The notes under the pieces were generated by a model. The model was given only the letters and a program-made list of their open reading frames with translations. It ran no database searches and was not told the origin of the DNA. Shown in pieces: positions 53,574-62,133 of a stretch of 64,000 nucleotides of DNA. The stretch lies in the NCBI GenBank assembly GCA_964012805.1, contig CAXGUD010000001.1, positions 96,001 through 160,000 of the forward strand. Direction: 5' to 3'. This DNA is from an uncultured Bacteriovoracaceae bacterium. GTDB lineage: Bacteria > Bdellovibrionota > Bacteriovoracia > Bacteriovoracales > Bacteriovoracaceae. Position numbers and translations under genes: made by a program. Position 1 is the stretch's first letter; every line of letters begins with the position of its first letter.

Positions 53574-53754
53574 GCATTAAACCTTTTAGTATTGGCTGCA
53601 CCTATTGAGCTGCCTTATAATTACAATACATTATTTTATGAAAAAACTTTTCCTAAATCACTTTAGCTTTTGGCATATTTTTAATTTTTCGTAACATTTA
53701 AGTATTCATTTTGTAAAAGTTTCAAGTACGATTTTCTTTGCGGCACTCTTAAAA

Positions 53755-55428
53755 ATGGACACCATAATGGACTCAAACTTCACAGAATGGCTTTCACTTT
53801 TAGGCAGGTGGGCACATATTATTTTTGGCATAGCTTGGATTGGCTCCTCTTTTTTCTTTAATTGGTTGGACATTCATTTTAAGCCCCCGCAATCACAAAA
53901 AAAGGGAGTTACAGGTGAACTATTTTTAGTTCATGGTGGTGGCTACTACGAAATACAAAAAAAGCTTTTTGGTTCAGAAAAAACTCCTGGTATCCTGCAC
54001 TGGTTTAAGTGGGAAGCGGCTTGGACTCTTATAAGTGGTTACTTCTTACTAGGAATTATTTATTACTCAACGAGCGGTCACTATTTAATTGATGCAGATG
54101 TCTCATCTTTAACCCATGGCCAAGCAGTTTTATTATCGATAACCACACTTATCCTCAGCTGGTTCATATATGATGGCATTTGGCGGCTCTTTGGACAAAA
54201 GAAACTACTACCCTTCCTTCTTACTTTTTTCCTTGTTTTAGGTGCATCATCTTTTTTTATTAACAACCTTAGCGGAAGGGCAGCTTATATACATATTGGA
54301 ATTATGCTGGCCACTTGGATGGTCCTGAACGTCTGGGTTCATATTATTCCTGCACAAAAAAAAATGCTTCAACAAGCTGAGGATGGAGGTCCGGTCGACC
54401 ACTCTCTAGGGAAACATGGTGCCAAACGCTCTAAACAAAACAACTACTTCACCCTTCCCGTTATTTTCACAATGATAAGTAACCATCATCCACAAACCTA
54501 TGGTCATGAGCTTCTTTTACCCATTCTTCTTTTGTTGATCTTGTTAGGAGTTCTCATTAGGCACTATTTCAATATTAGACATAATGCTGAAAAGAAAAAG
54601 GTTTGGATACTCATAACAATAGCGTGCTTAATTCCGACTCTCATCTTTCTAACAGCTCCATCCTCAAATGAAGAGCCATCGAAAGGTACTATAAAGCCAG
54701 AAGCCTCTAAGGTAAAAAACCAAGGCACAAACCCTAATTTAAACTCTACTCTTATTACTAATAAAGCTCCTATAGAAAAATTAAAATCAAAAACACTTTT
54801 TAATATTCATGGAACTGTTGAATTAAAAGGCCTAACTCCACCTCCCAAAGAAATTCAACTGCCTAAAAAGTGTAAAAGCTCAAAAGGCGAAATCATATAT
54901 GATAGTAGAATCCTCGTTCAAAAAGGAAAGCTACAAAATGTTATCGTCTGGGTTTTAAAAGGGCACGAACAGATAGATGTTCCTCCTCCCCCACAGAAGC
55001 CTTTTGAATTAGACCAAAAAGCTTGCCTCTATAAACCTAGGGTTGCTGCCATAAGGGCCGGCCAACCGGTTACCTTTATAAACAGTGATTCCTTCTTTCA
55101 TAATGTCAAAACAAAAACCAATCTCAATAAATCTTTCAATATAGCTATGCCTAAAAAAAATTCTCGAATAACAAAGGTCTTCAACAAAGAGGAAATTGTC
55201 GTTAAAGCGAAATGCAGCGTCCATCCTTGGATGAAGGCGTCTATTGCGGTCTTTAAACACCCTTTCTTCACCATGACAAGCACGGATGGATCTTTCAAAA
55301 TTAGCGGGTTACCCGAGGGAAATTACACAATCCGCTCCTGGCACGAAGTCTATGGAACTCTTGACCAAAAGGTTTCTCTTCCACAAGAAAAAGGTGAACT
55401 CATGACTTTTTCTTATAAAGGTAAATGA
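53755..55428 (+). CDS. PuuD-family (Urate_ox_N) membrane domain fused to a MauL-like cupredoxin/carboxypeptidase-regulatory-like domain
   Basis: RWAHIIFGIAWIGSSF, HGGGYY, LHWFKWEA, SGRAAYIH, NNYFTLPV..MISNH; C-terminus DQKAC..P.V, NSD..HNV, CSVHPWM, G.Y....WH; no CxxCH. Confidence 0.82.
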   Translation: MDTIMDSNFTEWLSLLGRWAHIIFGIAWIGSSFFFNWLDIHFKPPQSQKKGVTGELFLVHGGGYYEIQKKLFGSEKTPGILHWFKWEAAWTLISGYFLLGIIYYSTSGHYLIDADVSSLTHGQAVLLSITTLILSWFIYDGIWRLFGQKKLLPFLLTFFLVLGASSFFINNLSGRAAYIHIGIMLATWMVLNVWVHIIPAQKKMLQQAEDGGPVDHSLGKHGAKRSKQNNYFTLPVIFTMISNHHPQTYGHELLLPILLLLILLGVLIRHYFNIRHNAEKKKVWILITIACLIPTLIFLTAPSSNEEPSKGTIKPEASKVKNQGTNPNLNSTLITNKAPIEKLKSKTLFNIHGTVELKGLTPPPKEIQLPKKCKSSKGEIIYDSRILVQKGKLQNVIVWVLKGHEQIDVPPPPQKPFELDQKACLYKPRVAAIRAGQPVTFINSDSFFHNVKTKTNLNKSFNIAMPKKNSRITKVFNKEEIVVKAKCSVHPWMKASIAVFKHPFFTMTSTDGSFKISGLPEGNYTIRSWHEVYGTLDQKVSLPQEKGELMTFSYKGK

Positions 55429-55473
55429 AGCGTTTAACTAAAATCAAAATTAAAATTAAAATTGAAGCTATTT

Positions 55474-55487
55474 CATACAATTGTATG
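55474..55487. promoter_or_regulatory. 14-bp perfect palindrome, possible operator
   Basis: CATACAATTGTATG about 75 nt upstream of ORF 55562. Confidence 0.35.
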
Positions 55488-55561
55488 TTCTAATAATGTT
55501 TACTTTACAGCCTTAAATAGATTCTTTCATAATAAAAAAAGCTTCATGGAGGAATCAAAAA

Positions 55562-57757
55562 ATGAATCAATGGTATAGGATAACCAGTCTACTTACTATA
55601 ATTTTCTTTTCAGGATCAGTCTTTTCTAAAATTGACCTAAGTGACTCTCTAACCTCGGCTTTTGGCGGTGGTTGCCAAAGCCAAGGAAGTTACACAAAAA
55701 GGGCCTTAGGAAACAACGCCAATCTTAAAAAAATTATAAAAAATATACAAAAAGATTCAAGTTGCCTTGAGTGGGCAAGCTCACTTGATGGGATTCTTGA
55801 ACAGGGCTCTAGCCTCTATTATCCATCAGCGCCCCAATCTTTGGACAAGCTTGAAAATGAAATTTCAGAGCTTACGCTTATGCTCGAGCAAGAAACAAAC
55901 CCCATTATTGCTCAGTCTCTTGCCAGCGAACTCGCTAAGAAAAAGATCGAGTCCATTAACCTCGGAACTTATTACAAGGACTCTTTATGGAAAAGCCGTG
56001 TTCATTCACTTTCACAATTTAACCAATTGGCCTATGGCCTAAATCAAAGCCTTAAGTCATCCCCTTATTGTTTCAAAAAGTATCCAGGACTTGCCCTTCA
56101 AATGGGTGGGCATATTATTGGTTCAGCTGGGATCTTCGACGTCCAGAAAACCCTTATCGGGACGGGTCTCATGGGACTTGGTACCTTAACACAATTTATG
56201 ATTGACCTCATTCAAGGTCTTAAATTTCAAAAGACACTCAGAAAACTAGAACGATCTGCCCTCGCACAATCTATCACATGCTCATTAGAAACTTTATCTC
56301 ACAATTATTGTCACGCAAGAGACACCCAAAAAATCATCACTGAAGTTGCAAGAAATAGAATTAATCACTTTGGAAAAGAATGGGTAGGGTTAACACTCTT
56401 AAAAAACCTTGGGATCTATAATTCATGGATATCCCACGTCACAGCAGGTTCACCAGCAGGAAACCTCATCCACGCCTTTAGAAAAAAAATGGTTATTGAC
56501 CTCAGAAGTAAATATGAAAAAAGTAGGGAAGATATAAATGCCCATATAAAAGAGGCCCAAGATGAAATAAAAAACTCTCCCGCCTCACAAAAAGAAGCAA
56601 TTCTAAAAAGACTCATTAAATCTTTAGTTTGGAATATTGCTCCTAAGAAAGATAACCTCAAAAGCTCCCCTTATGTGAACTCTTTTCCAGAAAACTTTCA
56701 ATGTGGGCCTTTATTTTTTTACTATTCTCCTCAAGGAGAAAGAAATCCAACTCTCCCACCCATGACAAATTGTGAAAATTACATAAGAAGCCTTAAGTTC
56801 CAAACACCTGACATACAAACCATTTCTTTAAAATCAAACCAGATTCTCTTGGAAGGACAGCAGTATGTAGACATCCGCTTTTCCCTTGTCAAAGAAGTCG
56901 ACCCTGAAACGGTACTTTTTGAAGGAGAACAAGAAGGAAAACATAATAAGCTTTCCCCGGTAGATACATTGCGAACTGCTTTCAAATACCTCCGAAATTT
57001 ATCTAAAAAATATCTAGAAGAAACTCCTCCTAATACCCAATACATTATTTCTCAGACAGCCCATATTATAGATCAATCACTGAAAGTTTATGATAGAGCT
57101 TATAGTTCAGGCATAAACCCTCCGGAGAGCAAAGAGCAAGCCTCACAAAAACTCGAAAGCATCCAGAAGCTATTGGCTCCAGAAATGAAAACCTCATACC
57201 TTGAAGAAAGAATAAAAAATATTGTGCGGTTTGAAATTCGCAAAAAAATTGAAAACGACGAAATTCCACCAATGGTTAAAGAATTGGTCCTGCTCTCATG
57301 GAATGATGAGATTAGAGACTTAGAAGAGTATGGGAATATGGACCTAGAAAATAAACTCCACGATGTTCAGGCGTCTCAAAGAATTTCAATTTCTAACTTA
57401 GAGGCACTGGGGACAATTTTTAACAAATCCTTGAAAGATGTTTTTGAACAACTTATTGATGATGAAAAAAAATATGAATCAGAGCCTTCTATTTCGGCAA
57501 CTATTTCTAAGCTTTGTACTCTTTCCCTAACTCTTCCCCAACTAGAAAATTGGAACCCTCGATGGAGGAGGCACTTTATTTTTCGCCATTGCAAAGGACG
57601 AGAATTGAGAAGTATTTATAATCCAAAAGAACTTAGAATTTCCTTTTCAAAACTTTCTAACTCGCCCTTTAATCAAAGGATTTGCGCCTATTATAATTAC
57701 ATGAAGCGAAATAAAATGTATCAAAAATTAGGAAAGCCGTTTTTCCAAATTCATTAA
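55562..57757 (+). CDS. Large hypothetical secreted helical protein
   Basis: SD GGAGGA; signal peptide; paired Cys; 731 aa with no recognised motif. Confidence 0.75.
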   Translation: MNQWYRITSLLTIIFFSGSVFSKIDLSDSLTSAFGGGCQSQGSYTKRALGNNANLKKIIKNIQKDSSCLEWASSLDGILEQGSSLYYPSAPQSLDKLENEISELTLMLEQETNPIIAQSLASELAKKKIESINLGTYYKDSLWKSRVHSLSQFNQLAYGLNQSLKSSPYCFKKYPGLALQMGGHIIGSAGIFDVQKTLIGTGLMGLGTLTQFMIDLIQGLKFQKTLRKLERSALAQSITCSLETLSHNYCHARDTQKIITEVARNRINHFGKEWVGLTLLKNLGIYNSWISHVTAGSPAGNLIHAFRKKMVIDLRSKYEKSREDINAHIKEAQDEIKNSPASQKEAILKRLIKSLVWNIAPKKDNLKSSPYVNSFPENFQCGPLFFYYSPQGERNPTLPPMTNCENYIRSLKFQTPDIQTISLKSNQILLEGQQYVDIRFSLVKEVDPETVLFEGEQEGKHNKLSPVDTLRTAFKYLRNLSKKYLEETPPNTQYIISQTAHIIDQSLKVYDRAYSSGINPPESKEQASQKLESIQKLLAPEMKTSYLEERIKNIVRFEIRKKIENDEIPPMVKELVLLSWNDEIRDLEEYGNMDLENKLHDVQASQRISISNLEALGTIFNKSLKDVFEQLIDDEKKYESEPSISATISKLCTLSLTLPQLENWNPRWRRHFIFRHCKGRELRSIYNPKELRISFSKLSNSPFNQRICAYYNYMKRNKMYQKLGKPFFQIH

Positions 57758-57802
57758 AATTGAGATTGATAATACAAAAAAAATACCATAGTATGCGTTA
57801 TT

Positions 57803-58144
57803 ATGAAAAGACAAGACAACCATACCTATTACACAGTTACTTACAAAGACCCTAAAGATGGAAAGACAGTCCACTTGAAGGCCAAGACAATCAAAGACTC
57901 TAACCTTGGACTAAGCTTCATCTTTGTTTCAGATTTTATTTTAAAAGGCGAAAGCTCTTCAAAAATCATTGACCCGAATGAAGAAAAACTTAGAAATCAA
58001 CTTAAAGACACCAAAGGTATTCACCTGTCTATTTATACCATTATCATGATTGAAGAAATTGGCTCAAACCATGATGGGCTTCACTTCGAAAACGATAAAG
58101 GGAAAATACTCGTCTTACCCAATGAACAACCCCCTTTGTCTTAA
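57803..58144 (+). CDS. DUF1820 family-like protein
   Basis: IIDPNEEKL..L...K.IHLSIY.I..IEE resembles DUF1820 (VDPSEEKL...F..V....IP...I.RIDE). Confidence 0.65.
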   Translation: MKRQDNHTYYTVTYKDPKDGKTVHLKAKTIKDSNLGLSFIFVSDFILKGESSSKIIDPNEEKLRNQLKDTKGIHLSIYTIIMIEEIGSNHDGLHFENDKGKILVLPNEQPPLS

Positions 58145-58255
58145 ACCCCCAAATGAGTATTTTGAAATTCAAAAAAAAATCAAACAATATATAAATTGCG
58201 AAGTCCTTACCTTAGTGTTACTATCAACGCTAACCGAGTAGAGAAGAAAAAAGCA

Positions 58256-58828
58256 ATGGTTAAAAAACATATTACAATTGCCCTAGCCCTTCTTCTTTCC
58301 TTTTTCTTCAAGGGCTGCGCGGTCGCGCCTAAAAAGGTTAAAAACCCCTGTCTGAAGGCAAACTGGTCCCTTCTTGGTCAGAAGATAGCAAGTAATGGAA
58401 GTCTTTATAACTGGCCGCCAAAAAGTCTCAAGACATGCTCTCAAAACAAAGCTCATAAAAATCGATGGGAGAAAAGCTTTAAAAATGGCTATAACAAAGG
58501 CTTAAACAAGTTTTGCAAGGCAAGAAAGGGCTTTACTTTTGGACTTCAGGGCGGCTCCTACAATAATCATTGCCCTAAAAAGCTCTCTAACACTTTTCTA
58601 CAGGAATACAAAAAAGGTCTCAAAGTAAACCACTACAAAAAAGAAATTGTAAAAATTCAGGCCAAAATTTCCATTCTTAAAAAATCACTAAAACAAAGTA
58701 AATTCTCTAGAAGAAACCAAATTGAAAACTTTTCAAAAATGGAAAGCCTCTACCTTAAAAAAAGAGAGGTTACTCAATTTCTTAAGCAGTTTCTTGAAGA
58801 AAAGCAAATTAAGTCAGTAAAACTCTAA
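58256..58828 (+). CDS. DUF2799 family lipoprotein
   Basis: FKGC lipobox; C..ANW...G; GY..GL..FC; G..Y...CP. Confidence 0.7.
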   Translation: MVKKHITIALALLLSFFFKGCAVAPKKVKNPCLKANWSLLGQKIASNGSLYNWPPKSLKTCSQNKAHKNRWEKSFKNGYNKGLNKFCKARKGFTFGLQGGSYNNHCPKKLSNTFLQEYKKGLKVNHYKKEIVKIQAKISILKKSLKQSKFSRRNQIENFSKMESLYLKKREVTQFLKQFLEEKQIKSVKL

Positions 58829-58997
58829 AAAACTCTTAATTTCGACAAGCCCTCATTCAAGACGATGAGCTTGTCCTAACTTTATTTTTTAAGTTGATTA
58901 TTATAATGTCCAGAAATATAACAGGCTAATTGAAACACAGCACTACTGCCCTAAACTTTTAAGTTGTGTTTTTTGCGGTTTTACACATGAGGTCATC

Positions 58998-60005
58998 ATG
59001 AAAAATAAAGAAGCATTTCATAAATCTTTGGTTATATCCATTTGTGCTGTCTATTTTTTAATTTTTGTTGGCGGTTTAGTTAGGAGTACAGGGGCGGGGA
59101 TGGGTTGTCCAGATTGGCCGAAATGTTTTGGCCAATGGGTTCCACCGACGGAGGTAAGCGAGCTCCCTTCTAACTATAAAGAAATTTTTAAAGTTCAAGG
59201 TAAAGAGATCGCAGACTTTAATGCCTTTAAAACATGGACCGAATACATTAATAGACTTATTGGCGTCATCATTGGTTTTTGTGTCCTAGGGGTCTTCGTC
59301 ACCTCATTTTCTTATGTAAAAGAACGCAAAGAGATTCCTATCTTAAGTTTCTTTACTCTTATCGTTTTAGGCTTTCAGGGGTGGCTTGGTTCCGTCGTTG
59401 TTTCTACAAATTTGGCCCAATGGATGATTACCATCCATATGCTTGTTGCGTTCTTTATCGTCTTTTTACTTTTTTACCTTTGGCATAGAACAAGACTTTA
59501 TAAACTTCATGAAAGTTTAAAAAATAAAGCGCCAAAAAAAAATGGCCCATTATGGAGCTCCACTCAAGCCCTTGTTTTAATTACCCTCTTTATGACCCTT
59601 ATTCAGGTTGTGCTAGGCACTCAAACACGTGAAGAAGTTAATTTAGTGCAGACAGCGGTACCTCTCATATCAAGAAGTGAGTGGGTCAACAACCTTGGAA
59701 TCTTTTTCACCATTCATAGAAGCTTCTCAATTGTCGTTTTAGGATGCCATGTGGCCCTTTTCTTTTACCTTCGAAACGTTGCCCTAAGGGAAGAGGCCCT
59801 CTTTAATAAGGCCCTTCTCTATACAGTTTCTCTTGAAGTTATCTCTGGTATCGGAATGGCCTATTTCGGAATTCCCGCTTACCTGCAGCCTATTCACCTC
59901 CTATTTGCAAGCTTTATGGTGGGGCTTCTCTTTTACCTTTCACTTTCAATACCGTACCAACACCTCACAAAAATTTCTCTTAAAGCAATGACAGAAGAAC
60001 CTTAA
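58998..60005 (+). CDS. ctaA: Heme A synthase (COX15/CtaA family)
   Basis: GGLVRSTGAGMGCPDWPKCFG, EYINR, QGWLG, H residues in ITIHM, IHRS, PIHLL. Confidence 0.9.
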   Translation: MKNKEAFHKSLVISICAVYFLIFVGGLVRSTGAGMGCPDWPKCFGQWVPPTEVSELPSNYKEIFKVQGKEIADFNAFKTWTEYINRLIGVIIGFCVLGVFVTSFSYVKERKEIPILSFFTLIVLGFQGWLGSVVVSTNLAQWMITIHMLVAFFIVFLLFYLWHRTRLYKLHESLKNKAPKKNGPLWSSTQALVLITLFMTLIQVVLGTQTREEVNLVQTAVPLISRSEWVNNLGIFFTIHRSFSIVVLGCHVALFFYLRNVALREEALFNKALLYTVSLEVISGIGMAYFGIPAYLQPIHLLFASFMVGLLFYLSLSIPYQHLTKISLKAMTEEP

Positions 60006-60110
60006 AAAGTCTTTGTTGCGGAATAAATAACATTTAGTCTAATATATTCAATTAATTTCTTAATTTTAATTAAAAACCCCTAATGATCTTAACTTAAAAA
60101 AGGATGTCTT

Positions 60111-60506
60111 ATGGAGACTAAGATAGAAAACGAAATTAAAACTGAAGCCGTAGAAGAAATCAAAAAAGCCTCGAAGAAAGACAAAGAAAAAACAGCTGAA
60201 GAAAAAGGTTTTAAAGAAATGAAAACCAAGGCCCTTCTTTCAACCTTACCAACTCACCCCCTATCTCTGTTTCAGAGTGAAATAAAAAAAAGAAATATTA
60301 AGGACGTCAATTTAAACGATATTTTGTTGGAGGCCATCGACCAGCTACCTCCTACTTGGTGGGAAGACAAAATTGAATCATTAACCCCGCTGGAATATAA
60401 AGTTCAAGAAGCATTAAAAAAGCCCGACATGAGAGAAAAGTTGGCAAACTTGTTAGTTGAAGGGCAAACACAAGAAAATACAGAACAAAAAGAAAATAAC
60501 GTATAA
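60111..60506 (+). CDS. Hypothetical protein
   Basis: SD AAGGA; 131-aa charged ORF followed by a hairpin. Confidence 0.7.
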   Translation: METKIENEIKTEAVEEIKKASKKDKEKTAEEKGFKEMKTKALLSTLPTHPLSLFQSEIKKRNIKDVNLNDILLEAIDQLPPTWWEDKIESLTPLEYKVQEALKKPDMREKLANLLVEGQTQENTEQKENNV

Positions 60507-60534
60507 AAAAAAGGCCCTCAAAACTGAGGGCCTT
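60505..60534 (-). terminator. Intrinsic terminator (U-tail on the minus strand; may act in both directions)
   Basis: A-run, then AAGGCCCTCA-aaac-TGAGGGCCTT. Confidence 0.75.
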
Positions 60535-60582
60535 CCAAATAATTTTCCGCTAATTTTAACTTAATTTAAAATTTAAGATGGA

Positions 60583-60762
60583 TTAGGCTTCCTTCTTGTA
60601 GTTAGTTAAATCATCACACTCTATTGTGACTTCTTTGTTTCTATAATTGAGTGCCTTAACAGCATTTTCAAGGATTTCAATTATTTGAATTTTTTTATGA
60701 GAACCGTAGAGATCATCGACCACATGCAATTTATCTCCTACTTGTAACTCAGAAATTTTCAT
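60583..60762 (-). CDS. Small 59-aa SH3/KOW/Tudor-like beta-barrel protein (not in the ORF track)
   Basis: ATG with SD AAGGAGG; MKISELQVGDKLHVVDDLYGSHKKIQIIEILENAVKALNYRNKEVTIECDDLTNYKKEA. Confidence 0.7.
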   Translation of the reverse strand: MKISELQVGDKLHVVDDLYGSHKKIQIIEILENAVKALNYRNKEVTIECDDLTNYKKEA

Positions 60763-60795
60763 AAAGTCCTCCTTTAACTAAAAATTAAACAAAAA

Positions 60796-60948
60796 CTCGT
60801 TTATTTAATCATTGGTGTAAGCAGCATTATTTACGAAAGCTTCGCTAGCGTTCTCATTAAATTTAAGTCATTTAACTGTTTGATTGCAGTGCTTTCATGA
60901 CTGTACTCGAGAAAATTCGCAAACTTACACCAATATTTAATATTGAGC
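60796..60948 (-). ncRNA. Candidate rod-like structured RNA or 5' leader
   Basis: Nested helices 60811-21/60924-34 (11 bp perfect), 60830-37/60916-23, 60851-55/60909-13, 60866-71/60897-902, 60875-78/60887-90. Confidence 0.5.
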
Positions 60949-60954
60949 AACCCC

Positions 60955-60983
60955 ATTAAAGTACATTTTTAGTCAAAATTCAA
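60955..60983 (-). promoter_or_regulatory. Sigma70-like promoter flanked by a 9-bp inverted repeat
   Basis: TTGAAT-N17-TTTAAT on the minus strand; TATTGAGCA (60941-49) and TGCTCAATA (60991-99). Confidence 0.45.
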
Positions 60984-61084
60984 GAAATAGTGCTCAATAG
61001 GGACTTTTTACACACCGCGTCTACTTCTTTCTACCAAAATGACCAAGTTAGAAGACTTCTTGGCAATGACTGAAGGCCAAAGCT

Positions 61085-61312
61085 CTAATAGTGCCCGAAG
61101 TGACGCCTCACAAACTCTGCAGAACCCTGAGAGAATCTTTGAGATGGAGAAAACTTAAACCACTCATCTAGCATCCTTCCTAAACTAACTTTATTTATAT
61201 TAGGAAAGTCCTTTTGTACCATACCGAATAGGTCGTCTTTATCAGAAGGCCCACTCCTTAAAAGAGCTGCAATCCTTTCTGCATCATCGTCAGTAACAAT
61301 ATGATCTGTCAT
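61085..61312 (-). CDS. Small hypothetical protein (75 aa)
   Basis: Strong SD GAGGAGG; amphipathic helical pattern. Confidence 0.65.
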   Translation of the reverse strand: MTDHIVTDDDAERIAALLRSGPSDKDDLFGMVQKDFPNINKVSLGRMLDEWFKFSPSQRFSQGSAEFVRRHFGHY

Positions 61313-61388
61313 TATTCCTCCTCATTATGGTTTGAACATTTCTTCTTAGTAGCTAAAGCACCTTCCATTATCTCAAGAAAAAAATAAG

Positions 61389-62063
61389 CTACAACCTGTA
61401 GGAACTTTTGAACAATTGGAATGAATAGCTATGACCAGAGGGCATAACAGCTTTTAATTTTAAGGGGTAGAATCCATTTAGTTCAGTAAAAAGCTTTTGC
61501 TGGAAAAAAAAATCGCTTTGACTTAGACCATTAAAAACAAATTTTTCGGCTCCAGAGCTTCCTGTTTTTTCAATAAGTTCTAAAGAAGGATGGAGGTGAG
61601 ACAGCTCTAAAAAAGATAATTTGTCTCCTCGCTGCTTAAGTTTAACCTTAATTGAATCAATGACTGAAAGGCACTCTTTTAGGCTTCCAACAGAAGAATC
61701 ACTGCCCTTTTGCAAAGGCCCAAATAATTCTAAACCTGAACTTCCAACTCCTTTTAACTGACAAACCTCTCTTGATCGAAAAAAGCATTGACCTTTTTTC
61801 AAAATATAATCGTCCCAAGAGCAGTGACTTGTCACTCTTTGAAGACCTACCCTTTTAAAAAAAATGTTCCCATCCGAAAAAGAGAATAAACCATTTTGGG
61901 TCAACCAATCCTGGTTTTTTAGAATATCTAAAATGGTTAAAACTTTTAAAACCTTCCCTTTTTCCCTAGACGGACGGTATGACTTCAACATTTTATTCCA
62001 TAAATAGTTTGATGGCCTAGGACCTTCCCATAAGAACTCACCTTTTCGCACGGCTTGCCTCAC
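61389..62063 (-). CDS. Hypothetical protein with a JAB/MPN-like motif
   Basis: REVC ... SHLHP ... LSQSD. Confidence 0.5.
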   Translation of the reverse strand: MRQAVRKGEFLWEGPRPSNYLWNKMLKSYRPSREKGKVLKVLTILDILKNQDWLTQNGLFSFSDGNIFFKRVGLQRVTSHCSWDDYILKKGQCFFRSREVCQLKGVGSSGLELFGPLQKGSDSSVGSLKECLSVIDSIKVKLKQRGDKLSFLELSHLHPSLELIEKTGSSGAEKFVFNGLSQSDFFFQQKLFTELNGFYPLKLKAVMPSGHSYSFQLFKSSYRL

Positions 62064-62133
62064 AACTGACTTAAAGTCTTAGAAAGGTATATTTATCGGA
62101 TTTTTAAGATTAACTATTTGTTTTAAGCATCTT

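Noticed and set aside
58844..58876. Hairpin GACAAGC...GCTTGTC as a regulatory RNA
   Set aside because: Most simply an ordinary terminator-like stem after the DUF2799 gene
60811..60830. SRP RNA, suggested by AAGCAGCATTA
   Set aside because: The required upstream CAGG..GNRA..GG helix-8 motif is absent
60811..60934. Retron msr-msd (a1/a2-like terminal inverted repeats)
   Set aside because: No reverse transcriptase (YxDD) gene nearby; kept only as a generic structured RNA candidate
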